In this document: positions 33,652 through 47,708 of the stretch, in pieces
Position numbering within the stretch: the stretch's first letter is position 1
Layout of the letters: every line of letters begins with the position of its first letter
Origin: Octopus bimaculoides
Lineage: Eukaryota
Reading direction: 5' to 3'
NCBI RefSeq assembly: GCF_001194135.2
Contig: NC_068987.1
Location: forward strand, 57,824,142 to 57,871,906
DNA length: 47,765 nucleotides
Notes under the pieces: model-generated
Told to the model about the DNA's origin: nothing
Databases searched by the model: none
The model's input: the letters and a program-made list of their open reading frames with translations, nothing else
Made by a program: the position numbers and the translations under genes

Positions 33652-36600
33652 CAAACACATACACATATGAATATGTGTTCATGTATGTACGCTTTTGTAT
33701 GCTTGTCTGTGAGTCTATATGTGTGTGTGCTAAAGTAATTTGAATCCTCTTTCGAATATTTTATTTTCTCATAAATTTTTATACCATTAATCGTGCATTT
33801 TATCCACAAAATCTGTTCTTCTATATCATTTGCAATTAATAACCAACGCTGCTGCTCATTTCATAGTGACCTTGCGTTGATAGCCGGTGGTTATAAACTC
33901 AGTCAAATGAAATTCAATGATGATTTTCAATCTTTGCTTATTTGTAGCAGCAAGACAATTCCCTTGGGCAACACTTATACTGATGTATTTCGAATCACCT
34001 TACATTATATCCGCTCCAATAGTTTATTGTAATTCACCTCCAAACCGTCATTATTGCGGTTAAATCTCAAAATCATTTTTTTTTTCAAATTTTTATATTC
34101 ATATCTGAAGGTAGATATTTTGAAAAAGTGAGGTATTACGTTACGCATTTCAAATTATTAAAATAGATTATTTACTCAGGTAAAGAGCTCTAAAGAAGAT
34201 TCAACTCTTAGCTCAAACAGATCAAGTTGCTTCGTAGTAGCTCTATCGTTATTTCGAAATACTATTCGTTACTATTGGTAGAAATAAGAATTAGCTACAT
34301 GAATTATAAATCTTGTTCCATTTTCACTTAAAACAAAATTCTCAAAATATCGTTCATAAAATGTGGATGATATTTCTAGATCCATGTGAAGGCTCCTTTG
34401 TCATATCCTCGATGTTATTGGTCTGTGAAGCGAAACGCTCCATTTTCAATGTAAGTTTGTTTAAAATAACCTCGATATAGCAAATTGATGTGCATGCTTT
34501 GTTTAAACTATTTGTACAGATCTACATAAATTCTTTCTACTTGGTTTGCAAATTGTTCATAGAATGTTTCATTCAATGGTGGATCACAACACTCATTTTC
34601 AGCTTCATTGAAATCGTCTATATCTCATTCTCATTATCAGCATTCATCTAGAATATTGTCCACATTCATATTTGAAAGTGCCATATAGTGAAGTTTAAAA
34701 AAAATCCACATGAAAAAGGAGTTTAAACTTCAAGAGTAAAACAGTCACATGAAGCACGTATCTACGAGTGTTTAAAATTAAGGAGCCATTTTTCCACACT
34801 ATAGATGCACTCCCACAAACACTTATGCGATAGAAATTCGCTCTTAATACTAAAGTAATCCAGTTATTACTGATTTAGATGCTGATCTGTCCTCATGTTT
34901 TCTCAGAAATTAGTGTCCAACCACAAAGTATATCAGGCTTTTGTCGTGAAACAGTAAAAGCAAGTAAAATTTCATGTTCATTGTTACGTATTTTAAATAA
35001 AGCTACGCAAAACTTTTATTCGCGATAATACAAATCAGACATGTTGCTTAGAAATTTTCAGAAAGTAAAAGTAACATTAGAATATAAATCAAGGAATAAT
35101 GTACGTTACTTGATTTGCATGAAATTAAATTCCATTTTCGTGAATAGTTACATCTTGTCTCGACCATTTACTTGACTAGAATATCATTCATTGTTTGCTT
35201 GAGAATATTTTAAAGTTCTTTTATTAGCTGAAACGGCTCTTGTTAACACCATTTTCAACCTATGTGTTGCTGACTGTTTCTCATTATCTTTAGATATATA
35301 ATTTCAACTTCTAAATGGTATTCACCGACATTTCTTTCTCCAACTCAATACAATATTTGGAATTCAGAAAAAGAAACTGCAAGAAATTCTCCTCGGGACA
35401 ATGAAAGACAATACCAATGGACACTCATTCCAGAGACTAAATCGAAATTTTATATACCACTAAGTTTTTTACTTCCTTATGTCGTCGATATGCAAAGTTG
35501 ATCGAGCCGCTACTAATCGATTGAAAGTTTACTGGTTTGTTTCTTCACACAGGTTTTACATCATGTTACGTTCACGGGGAGTTTGACCCGTTTTTTTTAA
35601 GCACTCCCCATTATTGCATTATATATTAAACAAGACAACAAGTGAATCTGTATATAGTCACTCCACCAGCAAAATCTCTCTCACGTCATACCAAATTACA
35701 ACTTAATGAAATATAATCCGAGTACGCTATACCTGAAAAAATACATGGATGGCCTGGAATGGCTAGAATGTCGTCATAGTCCTTTAGATGAAGACCGAAA
35801 AGGTTGCAGACATAAAACAACATTGCAACTGTTACAATAAATTCGTGTTCATGTAATTTTAAACAACGGAACATTTTTATCAATGTAGGAAGGGTTTAGA
35901 TTATTTACAACGTTCAAATAAATTGCTGCATATATGTTTATTCTAGTAACGCTACTGGCGCAATTTTATCATAAACTGTATTCAGCATCTTTTGTTTTTA
36001 ATAATGGCTTATGTTAACTAGGCACAGGCCTAATTTTCAAAGAATAGGGAGATTAACAATTATCATGACCCCCAAATATAATCGGTTTTAATTATATCGA
36101 TGCAGTAGGATGTCAATTTAAACGCGGAGATAAAGTGAATTATTCCCAAGTCACAAATAGTGTTGTTAACAGATTTCGTAAAATGCTATTCAAATTGTCA
36201 AAGAATATTTAATTACACCACTTTATGATTCTGATTGAAATCCCGCAGGGTCAACTATTATTCCTTTTATCTCTGAAGTCGATTTAATGGATTGTACTCT
36301 TCCTTGCAATTTGTGGTCTCGTCAACGTGTGATAACCATGTTAGACAGAGAAGTATATTTATTAGACAGCTCAGTACCATTTCTATTATATTGTGTGAAG
36401 AGTGACGATTAATGTAAATCAATAGCTAAACTTTTAGCGAGTCGAGCACGAATTATGGTATCCATCCACAAACGTTACTGTCGTACTTTAGAAAATCTAC
36501 TGCAATCAAAGAAGTGTAACATTCAAGTCATTTGTACTTCGTGTAAATAAAGTAGTATGACGGTATAAACTTATTCATTCATTTTCTGGTCTGAATATTT

Positions 36601-39600
36601 CAAACATCGATTTTCCTTCTGTTTCATCTTGCCGATTGAATATTGTGGTAGAAATCTTAATTCTGTCGACGCTTGAACAAAACGCTAATAATAGTATTGT
36701 ATCTAAAAGTACATCCTTAACTCTAATTGGTACTCTTTTTTTCATGCATGATAATTGGAAAAAACTTTAATTCTGATGACTTTCTCTGCAGTACTTTCAA
36801 AATAGCAATACCACAGCACATGTAAAACAAAGTCAATGCATTATTAATATAGCTTGTTAAAAATCCTATTATAAATTAATACAAAGAAAGACAAACATTT
36901 CATATAAAGCAAACGAAACTCTTACATCTACGATAATGAAAATGCATATATATATATATATANNNNNNNNNNNNNNNNNNNNNNNNNNNNNNNNNNNNNN
37001 NNNNNNNNNNNNNNNNNNNNNNNNNNNNNNNNNNNNNNNNNNNNNNNNNNNNNNNNNNNNNNNNNNNNNNNNNNNNNNNNNNNNNNNNNNNNNNNNNNNN
37101 NNNNNNNNNNNNNNNNNNNNNNNNNNNNNNNNNNNNNNNNNNNNNNNNNNNNNNNNNNNNNNNNNNNNNNNNNNNNNNNNNNNNNNNNNNNNNNNNNNNN
37201 NNNNNNNNNNNNNNNNNNNNNNNNNNNNNNNNNNNNNNNNNNNNNNNNNNNNNNNNNNNNNNNNNNNNNNNNNNNNNNNNNNNNNNNNNNNNNNNNNNNN
37301 NNNNNNNNNNNNNNNNNNNNNNNNNNNNNNNNNNNNNNNNNNNNNNNNNNNNNNNNNNNNNNNNNNNNNNNNNNNNNNNNNNNNNNNNNNNNNNNNNNNN
37401 NNNNNNNNNNNNNNNNNNNNNNNNNNNNNNNNNNNNNNNNNNNNNNNNNNNNNNNNNNNNNNNNNNNNNNNNNNNNNNNNNNNNNNNNNNNNNNNNNNNN
37501 NNNNNNNNNNNNNNNNNNNNNNNNNNNNNNNNNNNNNNNNCCTACAACTTATGCTCTTTGAGGACCCAACAACTAGATAGCTTGTAATTACTTACTTAAT
37601 AATTCAAAACTTCATTTGTATACTGACATTACAATAGCGAAAAGTAAAAAAAAATATTTTATGTTTGTTCAGTCTGGAGAAAGAGGTTTTGTCAATGAAT
37701 CTCGTTGGCCCTCGGAAACCGGTGAGTATGATGTTATCAATATTTTATTTAAACTGTTGCTGGTCATTATTGCTGGAACTATATGAGCTGGGAGGAGATT
37801 CTATAGAGCCAATGTTCGTGAGAGGAAGGAATGGGCATAGTTTATATGCACGAAGAATGACGAGAGGTGGAAATGCTAGTGGTTCTGGCGTTCATGAGTG
37901 ATGGAGGTTAAGAAACTAGCCAGCTAGGTTTGGCCATTAGAGTAATACTATAAAAACAAAACAGAGAGAGAGAGAGAGAGAGAGGTAACTACATGTCTGT
38001 AGATCAAAGGCTGTATTGTGTTCATAAGTGATTGAATACCAATTACTCGAGTGGATCTTCACTAAACGAGACTCAGAATGACGGTGTGCGTGTAGTAGCA
38101 GGGCTGCCCTAAATTTAGGGTGTGAGAGGAGTACTTCCTTGTAGGCTTCACTTTAGCCTCATTGAGTGACTATAGTTGTTTGAGAGTTAAACATATTCAA
38201 AGATATTCTGGTGCTGAAGTCTTTAGAGTGTGTTCTTGTTTATGTGCAGGATGTACTTTTGTCAGGATTTCTGTTTACTGATATCAATGTAATAATTTGA
38301 AGACATACAGATAAAGTAAAGAAACTTCATCTCGTGAAAACTGATGATGGAATGCATCGACAAGTATTGTACTTTATTTACAGTTTATAAAATTTAATAG
38401 CGAAGATTTACATTTGAAGAGAAAGAAAATACAAAACAATTATCTTCAATATTGAGTTTAAAATTTACATATATTTTTGAATGGAGATTAGACTATCTGG
38501 ATAAAAGATTATTTTAATAATTATTTAAAGTTATTTTGTGATTTAACAAAACTTACACGCATATCTTTTAGCGAACCTTTTACAGATGAAACTTGAAATA
38601 AAAGAATGCTGCCTCAATTGAATGTCAACTTAACAATCTATTGCTCCTGTAGTGTCACACACAAACTACGCTTTATCTGGACTTGATTTGTTCGCCGAAA
38701 TAAGGAATATTTCAATCCTTTTCAAAATGTCCTTTGGAGCGTAATGCACTCTCCTTGAAACGTTTATCGTAATATATTAAGAAAATGTCCTCACGTGATT
38801 CCCTCAAAACCCTGGGCGCTGAAGGACTCACTAATAAGCAACTATAGAGATGTAAACTATCTACGGCCGAGGCATTTAATTCCCATTAACAAGCGTGATA
38901 GCACCGTATTGCTGAAATCTACCTTGACGTTAATATGATATGTTATGACATGATTTTAACTGTTTACGATGCACAACTCTGTGTCACGTAAAATGGTCAT
39001 ATAATGCAGAGAAATCATTTCCTTCCACAAATTTGCTTAAAGGAGATTTGCATAAGAGCACCAACACTCCCAGGTACAGATGATTAAAGAGTAAATAGAA
39101 GTAGTATTTTCAAATAAACAAATATTAGCAATTGTTTTTTTTGATGATAATGAGCACAAAATGACAATACTAATACACATGTTTATTCTGTAAATTGTGT
39201 TGCACTCAAATCCACTCAAATATTTAATTGAAATTATAATAAAGAGAGAAAATGCTGCATCAGAAAGATAATTAACGGATCTAGCCTTCGAAATGTTCTA
39301 TATTATTCTTTTTTTTTAATGTAAATAGGATTAAATTGCCGTATGGGCTCTAGGTTTGCAGGTGTTTATTCTTGTTTAATTAAATAATTTTCGTTCTAGT
39401 AAGCATCGAAAATATTTTCTAAAACTGAATAGTTTCCAGTTGCCTTACGTTTGCAGTAAATATCTCGCTACTATAGATTTCACTTCGTAGAATTCTTCTG
39501 ATAACGTTAAAATTGTGTCAGCTATAGTAGAGAATTAAAAGTCTAAATCTCTTACTCAACAAATGAAACGTGATTAATCAAAGAAAAATATCTATAATAG

Positions 39601-39737
39601 AAGTTTCAAATAAGGTGATGAATCGATAGCATTTTGTATCAATTCATTGTTTCGTGTTTAAATCTAATTGAGTATTAATTTGGCTTTACATACCAATTAA
39701 CAAACATTAATGGAAATGAGAAAGGAAATACTGGTGT

Positions 39738-39943
39738 CCAATTTTGGCACAAAACTTGCAATTTCGAGGAAGAGGATAAGTCGATCACATCAATTCCAGT
39801 GATTGATTAGTGCTTATTTTATCGATCCCAAAAGGATGAAAAGCAAAGTCGATTTCGGCAGCATTTGAACTTAATAGGTAAAGACGGACGAAATGCCGCT
39901 AAGCATTTTCCCGGCGTGTTAAGGATTCTGACAGCTCGCCGCC
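39738..39943 (-). mobile_element. SINE family A copy
   Basis: Reverse complement of family A. Confidence 0.85.
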
Positions 39944-40249
39944 CCAATAAAAAATGGAATTATTAATACATAGTTATATATCGGAATTCATGGGTAAAAC
40001 ATAATGAAATAGAAAGCATGTCAAGAATGATTTCTCAGCATATTACAATGTTCATAGAACATACCATAAAACGTACGCAAAAAATGTCATTTCATTATGT
40101 AGAATTTAAGTTCACGAATAGCTTAAGAGTTTATGTTCAACGTATATTAATAAATAAATACACAAATTCCTATCACAAAGAAATCGATTTTCTGAACTAT
40201 TATTCCTATCATAATTATTTCGACAGGTTTGATTATTTCTTTCTTAACT

Positions 40250-41815
40250 ATTACAATTCTTGTTAAATAGATCATTTCTATACTTACTTCCGCAAATCGT
40301 GTTAGTTAACTCCCGGTTTATCTTTCTGATATTGAGTTTGTGAATGTAGTATTCTGGGTTATTAAAGATAGTGTATGATAATTTCACTGTAATTCTATTA
40401 AAAATCTAATGGTGTTTGGAAAATGCTTATCTAACGCAGCAAATGAATCCCTAGCAATCCTAGATAATATTTGGATTATACCACAAAACATTGTATTTTT
40501 TATATTTTTGTTCAATTTATGACTACTGGTATAGCCTATAATAGGATCATTAACTAAGGAGTTGAAGCTATAATTAATATTTAGATTGGCCCTTTTATCC
40601 ATCTAGTTTTATTTATTGTATCGCCTTCGTTCTTTCTTAGGTCGAGATGACCACGTTCCTCTATTTGATGTTTAATATTTCTTATACCTGAATAAAGTTT
40701 AATGTTATTATTAGTGTGGCTATGTAGATCAATAAGATTATTATAGGATATATATTTGATTTTCTCCGTATAACCAGCCCAAGCTAATGCTATATTGTAA
40801 TATTGCGTATACGAGTTGAATATCGTTTCATTGGCCGAAAGTCTAGATATTCGATGGGATATATTTCTCATAAGTCCTTTCATTATAGAGGGTGGGTGAT
40901 TAGATCTTACATTAATATACCTTAGGTTTTCTTTTGGTTTATGGTAAGGCTCAAATAATCCAGTATTCAGACTAAACGTTACATCAAGAAAATTTACCTT
41001 TCGGTAATTATGCTTTGTAGTAATATTCGTTCCTTGCATCTCTTCATTTCTACCTTGCTACACCTATCTAGAATGAAGAGAGGGTCGTCCCTATATAGAT
41101 TTCCTCCCTTCTTAGAACATCAGGACTAGATTTAGAATAGAATATATATTCCAACGAGATCAGTGACTTGCACAGAGTCACTTCATCCCATCGCTAAATC
41201 AAGAGAATCTGCGCCATTAACTCTCGTCCATAGTATATTATCGAAATATATTCGTGTGCAACGTGCAGATAGTATAATATCTATATTTGACTTAGATAAA
41301 TCTGAATTGCACATAAATGAATTTAGAGCATTATTTAATAGAACCTGATTAAAGGTTGTTCAATAAATCGACATGTCAAATTGAATAAATTTACGACTAT
41401 CCATCTTCTCTAATTTTTTGAACCATAAAATAACCTATAGAGTGTCCGACTATAGTGAGAGTTTAATCTTCGATCTAAGTCTCGGTAGTACTGTGTCAAT
41501 AATATTTTTAGTAATCTTACCTATAACCGACTTAGATGAGCATATTAGTTTAACGGTAAGTTTCCTGTCAAAGTTAATCTTGTGGTCCTTTATGTTAATT
41601 CTATGTTTTTTTGCAAAAACTACACATGGCTCAGTTCTGTTTTTTATTCCGGGTCGAGTAACTATTTCAAAGTCCTTATTATTTATACTGGTTAATGTAT
41701 CCCTATGTGCACCTCTGTATCATATTGAATGTATTTATTTTCAGAAGAATTTATATGATCCTTTTATTTTCATTTGTCTGTATTTTTTTATTGCATTTTG
41801 AATGCAATTCTATCT
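40250..41815 (-). mobile_element. Degraded Naiad-like PLE reverse transcriptase pseudogene
   Basis: Minus translation gives IKDHKINF...VKLICSSKSVIGKITKNIIDTV...VILWFKK...KFIQFD...LLNNAL...LDLAMG*SDSVQVTDLVGIYIL...LYRDD (YRDD at 41084-41095)...VNFLDVTFSLNTGLFEPYHKP...YINVRSNHPPSI...LDKHFP...IFNRITVKLSY...NCNS. These motifs are typical of Naiad-type PLE RT and thumb regions. Confidence 0.85.
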
Positions 41816-42280
41816 TGTATCTCACTGTATCTATGGTCTTAGTTTTGTCTGTGAATTACTAGAAATGACAAATAAATCTGGGCGCACAGTGTGAAACTGG
41901 GTGAAATGGCAAGAGAATCTAACGAAAAGTTTATTTTGATAGTCACTTTAGGATTACATCCACATTTTGGATGTAATATAATGATTGTTTAAATTCTCAG
42001 CTTCGTACTACAGATGCGAGAATGTGTTGAAGCAATTGTTGTGATTTTCGATAATATCGTTAATTGCATCTTATTTCATTTGTCAATTTATGCAAACTCT
42101 AAGGATAATATGGAATTCTTGATGTATGCCCATTATTAAGAGTATTTCAACTGTACGATGACATTAGGTAGCTAGTAATTGTGGACAAGCTTTACACAGC
42201 ATTGTACGAGATTTTACCCGAATCTCAATTAGCTGTATGTGTGTGTATGTGTGCGTGTGTGTATGTGTGTGTGTGCGTGC

Positions 42281-42330
<50 letters not shown>

Positions 42331-43050
42331 NNNNNNNNNNNNNNNNNNNNNNNNNNNNNNNNNNNNNNNNNNNNNNNNNNNNNNNNNNNNNNNNNNNNNN
42401 NNNNNNNNNNNNNNNNNNNNNNNNNNNNNNNNNNNNNNNNNNNNNNNNNNNNNNNNNNNNNNNNNNNNNNNNNNNNNNNNNNNNNNNNNNNNNNNNNNNN
42501 NNNNNNNNNNNNNNNNNNNNNNNNNNNNNNNNNNNNNNNNNNNNNNNNNNNNNNNNNNNNNNNNNNNNNNNNNNNNNNNNNNNNNNNNNNNNNNNNNNNN
42601 NNNNNNNNNNNNNNNNNNNNNNNNNNNNNNNNNNNNNNNNNNNNNNNNNNNNNCTTGTCTGTGAAACAGCAGCATAGTCGAGATGTGTTTTCTTCTCTTA
42701 CTCTTGTTTTTTGCAAACATCTTCAAAATGACTTTCTAAAATGAAATTCCATTATGCAGCTGAGGAGTACATTTTCATTGTATTTTCTGTAGTGTTCTCA
42801 CTACATGAATAAATGGAGCTTGTACGAAACGTACGTACTGCTATAACCTATTGAATTTTTGTTGCTTAACTTCAAATTTTATTCACCAAATCTCTTGATT
42901 TTGTTTTTGGTTTTTATCCTACCAAATTCTGGTGCCTCAAGCATTTTAAGTACCACATTTAATCTTTTGATTAAATCTATATTATTATATATGTATGTAC
43001 GTATGTATGTATGTATGAATGTATGTGTGTGTGTCTGTGTCTGTGTGATT

Positions 43051-43240
43051 GTTTGTTCTCACGCCATCATTTGACAACCGATGCCGGTGTGTTTACGTCC
43101 CCGTAATCTAGCAGTTCGCAAAAGTGATTGATAGAATAAGTACTAGGCTTACAGGGGTCGATTTCTTTAGCTAAAACTCTTCAAGGTGGTGCTCCAGCAT
43201 GGCCGCATTCAAATTACTGAAACAAGTAAAAGAATAAAAG
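43051..43240 (+). mobile_element. SINE family C, 3' fragment
   Basis: TTGACAACCGATGCCGGTGTGTTTACGT...AAGGTGGTGCTCCAGCATGGCCGC...TGAAACAAGTAAAAGA, shared with 45850-45975. Confidence 0.85.
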
Positions 43241-44345
43241 AATATATGGTCAAGTATATTAGAAGCTGCATCATTCCTCTACGTCCTGACCACAAATCTC
43301 GGAGAGTTGTATATTAACTTTCATAACAACAGAATCGATAAGGTGTCCTCGGAAATGCGATGGCTGCATTGAATCGATTATGATTTCTACAGAACTCATC
43401 TCTGGAACAACATATTCATCAGTTCATATCATAGCGAATATTTACTTTTATATCCACGAAAAGTTTACTTTGGAAATCTACATCAAAACATTTGTCAAAA
43501 AATAATATCCATATAAAATCGATTATCATTCTTCCTCTTAGCAAAACTCAAAACGAACAAAGATTATGAAACTTTTCCAATCATCACGACTAGCGTCGAT
43601 ATCTTTTTGCCATTTTACACAAAAGCATATATTGGCGTAAACAGACTCAGCACTGATAGCATACTTTTTAAGTGTGTTGGACTTTCGATTCTTGAACCGG
43701 GAGTCATTTTGAGTCGTTGGGTGTGGCACATCGATTCACGTTACTACAGTTTACTCAGCCGAAAATGATTTCCAGCTGATTGTTACGATAAGCCTTTCTC
43801 CCCTCCAGTTGTCACATATACACTGTTCCACCGAGTCACCGAGTAGGTGTTTATGGCTGATTGGGGCTATACAGGCCCATAAAACAATTTGTGAAAGCCT
43901 AGTACAAGCTCCTACATGGCACTCACTTGCCAGTGATGGCTAAATTACTCAGCATAATAAGATAGCGATGCGCCTATTACTTTCCACTGCTTTTTGCAGC
44001 TGGTCGCAGTAAACTTTACCTTCATGATGTACTTCCTACTACTTGAGTGGACTGGGTTAATGTAAGTTACGTCTCATTTTTCCAAAGTCAAAGACCGTTA
44101 CTCATGACAGAGTACGGACCCATTAACATTTAGTCACTTTAAATGTTCCTTTGTAGCTCACCTATCGGTGTCCTATATAGAGATTAACTAGCTTTAAGGG
44201 TAAATGAATAACGGGCGAGGGAGTGAGGTAACATTATTCAGTTAATACTTATTATAGTTGATAAAATTTCGTTAAATCGAATATTACGATATAAAGAAAT
44301 TGTACTAAACTATTATAATATTCAAAATCAGAACATTACAAATAA

Positions 44346-44508
44346 GCAGCGAGCTGGAAAATTTTTAGTATGCTGGACAAATGTTTAGCAGCTTTTTTTC
44401 TGCCTTAATGTTCAGAGTCCAAATTTCGCAGAGGGTGACTTTACGTTTCATCCCTTTCAGGTTGATAAAATAATTCTAGTTTAGCGCTGGAGATGATGTA
44501 ACCGACAA
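44346..44508 (+). mobile_element. SINE family A, highly degenerate copy
   Basis: Weak match to the head, B-box and TTTCATCCCTTTCAGGTTGATAAAAT body. Confidence 0.6.
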
Positions 44509-44532
44509 GACAAGTCTGCTAAACGTCAGGTC

Positions 44533-44859
44533 ATGTGCATATTTTCCGAGAATTCCGGTGACTTCAGCCCGACTTCTCCACTTCGCACATCTTCTCTAAC
44601 CGACCCATCCCCTTCTTCAAACGAGCCTACAACCTACGAGACCTCTTGGTCCACAGCTTCTTCCCTAACCCAACCTCCCAGCCCGGATCGTTCCCCTGCT
44701 CCCGCCCACGCTGCCGCATTTGCCCTTAGCACTCCAACACCACCCTCCTCACAGGCACCCATCATCGACACTGACTGCTTCACCTGTACTTCTAGTAACG
44801 TCATCTACTGCCTCTCCTGCTCTCTGTGTCCTTCTCTATACATCTGTCAAACGGGACAC
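44533..44859 (+). mobile_element. Neptune-like PLE linker and GIY-YIG N-terminal fragment, running into an N-gap
   Basis: IFREFR*LQPDFSTSHIFSNRPIPFFKRAYNLRDLLVHSFFPNPTSQPGSFPCSRPRCRICP...FTCTSSNVIYCLSCSLCPSLYICQTG. Same family as 10393-11078. Confidence 0.88.
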
Positions 44860-45637
44860 NNNNNNNNNNNNNNNNNNNNNNNNNNNNNNNNNNNNNNNNN
44901 NNNNNNNNNNNNNNNNNNNNNNNNNNNNNNNNNNNNNNNNNNNNNNNNNNNNNNNNNNNNNNNNNNNNNNNNNNNNNNNNNNNNNNNNNNNNNNNNNNNN
45001 NNNNNNNNNNNNNNNNNNNNNNNNNNNNNNNNNNNNNNNNNNNNNNNNNNNNNNNNNNNNNNNNNNNNNNNNNNNNNNNNNNNNNNNNNNNNNNNNNNNN
45101 NNNNNNNNNNNNNNNNNNNNNNNNNNNNNNNNNNNNNNNNNNNNNNNNNNNNNNNNNNNNNNNNNNNNNNNNNNNNNNNNNNNNNNNNNNNNNNNNNNNN
45201 NNNNNNNNNNNNNNNNNNNNNNNNNNNNNNNNNNNNNNNNNNNNNNNNNNNNNNNNNNNNNNNNNNNNNNNNNNNNNNNNNNNNNNNNNNNNNNNNNNNN
45301 NNNNNNNNNNNNNNNNNNNNNNNNNNNNNNNNNNNNNNNNNNNNNNNNNNNNNNNNNNNNNNNNNNNNNNNNNNNNNNNNNNNNNNNNNNNNNNNNNNNN
45401 NNNNNNNNNNNNNNNNNNNNNNNNNNNNNNNNNNNNNNNNNNNNNNNNNTATATATATATATATATAATATATATTAAATTCAAATTACGATAAACGTAA
45501 ACAAACAAACGAAGTTTGCTTTTAGAAGCGTTGAGATGTCTTAGAAAGTTAAAGAAGTGATTTTTAAATTCTCAAACGCAGGATAATGCTAATAATATAG
45601 CCTGATATATATCTCACTTCAGAAAGTCACTTTCTGT

Positions 45638-45975
45638 GCAGGAGTGGCTGTGTGGTAAGTAGCTTGCTTACCAACCACATGGTTCCGATTTCAGTCCCAC
45701 TGCGTGGCACCTTGGACAAGTATCTTCTACTATAGCCTCGGGTCAACCAAACCCTTGTGAGTGGATTTGGTTGACAGAAACTGAAAGAAGCCTGTCGTAT
45801 ATATGTGTGTATATGTGCATGTGTGCTTGCCCCCCCCCCCACCTCCACAACTTCGCTTGACAACCGATGCTGGTGTGTTTACGTGCCCGTAATTTAGTGT
45901 TGACTCGATTTGCTCTACTAAAGGTGGTGCTCCAGCATGGCCACAGTCAAATGACTGAAACAAGTAAAAGAATAA
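45638..45975 (+). mobile_element. tRNA-derived SINE, family C, near full length
   Basis: GCAGGAGTGGCTGTGTGGTAAG A-box-like head, CORE-like CCTTGGACAAGTATCTTCTACTATAGCCTC, internal (TG)-rich tract, and a 3' segment shared with 43051-43240. Confidence 0.85.
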
Positions 45976-46084
45976 ACATAATAAAAGAATATATATATGC
46001 GTGTGTGAGTGTGTGTGTTTGTGCTTGTGCGTGTGCATATATGTGTGTGTTTGTGTGCGTATGTGCGTGTGTATGTGGAAAATA

Positions 46085-46336
46085 TGGCACTCCGTCAGGT
46101 TACGACGATGTAGGCTACAGTTGATCCAATCAACGGAACAGCCTGCTACTGAAATTAACGTGCTCAGCACTCTAAAAAGAAGTGTAACCTTAACGTATTT
46201 CTCGGGTAGATTCAGCGTGACACACAATCTGACAAGGCTGGCCCTTTGAAATACAGGTACTACCCATGTTTGCCAGCGGAGTGGACTGGAGCAATGTGAA
46301 ATAAGGTATCTTGCTCAAGGAAAGAAACACGGCGCC
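46085..46336 (-). mobile_element. SINE fragment: CORE-like body joined to a family-B-type 3' module
   Basis: Minus strand reads TTGAGCAAGATACCTTATTTCACATTGCTCCAGTCCACTC, then TACCTGTATTTCAAAGGGCCAGCCTTGTC...GCAGGCTGTTCCGTTGATTGGATCAACTG as in 8317-8590. Confidence 0.82.
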
Positions 46337-46377
46337 ATGCACCTTTACACGTGCACACACACACACGTACACACACT

Positions 46378-46434
<57 letters not shown>

Positions 46435-47528
46435 NNNNNNNNNNACACACACACACACACATACAGCGTAGACATAAACAGTTCTTTATCGAATATATAT
46501 GTTTCCAGTTGGGCAAAAAAGAAGTGTATCGAATCCATTAGAACATTAAAATACATGAAAGATACTCAAAGACCGACGGATATGAGATTAAACAGAAGTC
46601 TCTGCAGATGCTGTAACATATCGAACAAACATCTTGTAGAGTTTAAATTTTTATAGACATAAATACTTAACAATAACTATCAACAGATGAACGAGAAAAT
46701 GTAACGTGTGTAGGAGCCAACGTAGCAGACAAGTTATTGACCTTAAGCATTAGAGTTTAAGGTCACTGCGAACTCGTCGATAGTTAGACATGACTACTAG
46801 ATCAGACAACTATATTCAGTATGTTTATTTCAGATGAAATACGAGAAAAAACTAAAAGGTGGATCTCAGAACTATTCAGCTTTAGATATTGATATATAAT
46901 AACGAAATAACATTCTGACACAAAATTTATAAATTTAACATCTCTAAGTAGTTGAAAAAACAAAATACAAGAACGAAGTGAAATCATTAAGTAAAAGTTT
47001 CAAAATATTTGACAAAAGGTAATTTTATAAAATTCAGTAATTTATGAAATGTAAAAGAAACCAGCTCGATGAAAACGAAAGAAAAATTGATAGAGTTCTG
47101 AAAATTAAATCCAAAGTGTAGAATTGTATGACATTTGAACTTGTGATGCGTCATAAGCAAGCCCTATAACAGTACACCGTTTAACGATTAGAACTCTCAG
47201 TCAATGGAACTGAGTACCACATCGGCGGAAGTAGTCGTAGTTTTAAATGGCGACAGGGAACAAGGTATCAGAATTCACATTTAAAGCACTAAGAAATATT
47301 TCATGATCGAGCTACTGTGACTGAAACTGTATACCCACCTAAAAGATATTGCGGAAGCCACTCAAGTTTACCTTGAGAGTTCAAGAAATCAATAAACTTA
47401 TAGAATATTTATGCGCCAAAAGCTTATATGCATATTTATCTACTACTTGCGTTAGTCATTAGATTGCAGCAATGCCTGCATTGAAGAATTTAGTCGAATC
47501 AAACGATTTCAGACTATTTTTTTAAACC

Positions 47529-47640
47529 CTGGTATTTATTCAATCTTTCTATTGCCGAATCGATAGGTTACAAAGTCATCAACACAGTGACGCTGATTGC
47601 CAAGCGGTGGTGGAGGAGAAACACTGGCATAAAGATACTC
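47529..47640 (-). mobile_element. SINE family C internal fragment
   Basis: Degenerate reverse-complement match to the family C middle region. Confidence 0.55.
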
Positions 47641-47667
47641 GCACATGCACCCGCACACACGCACACA

Positions 47668-47708
<41 letters not shown>

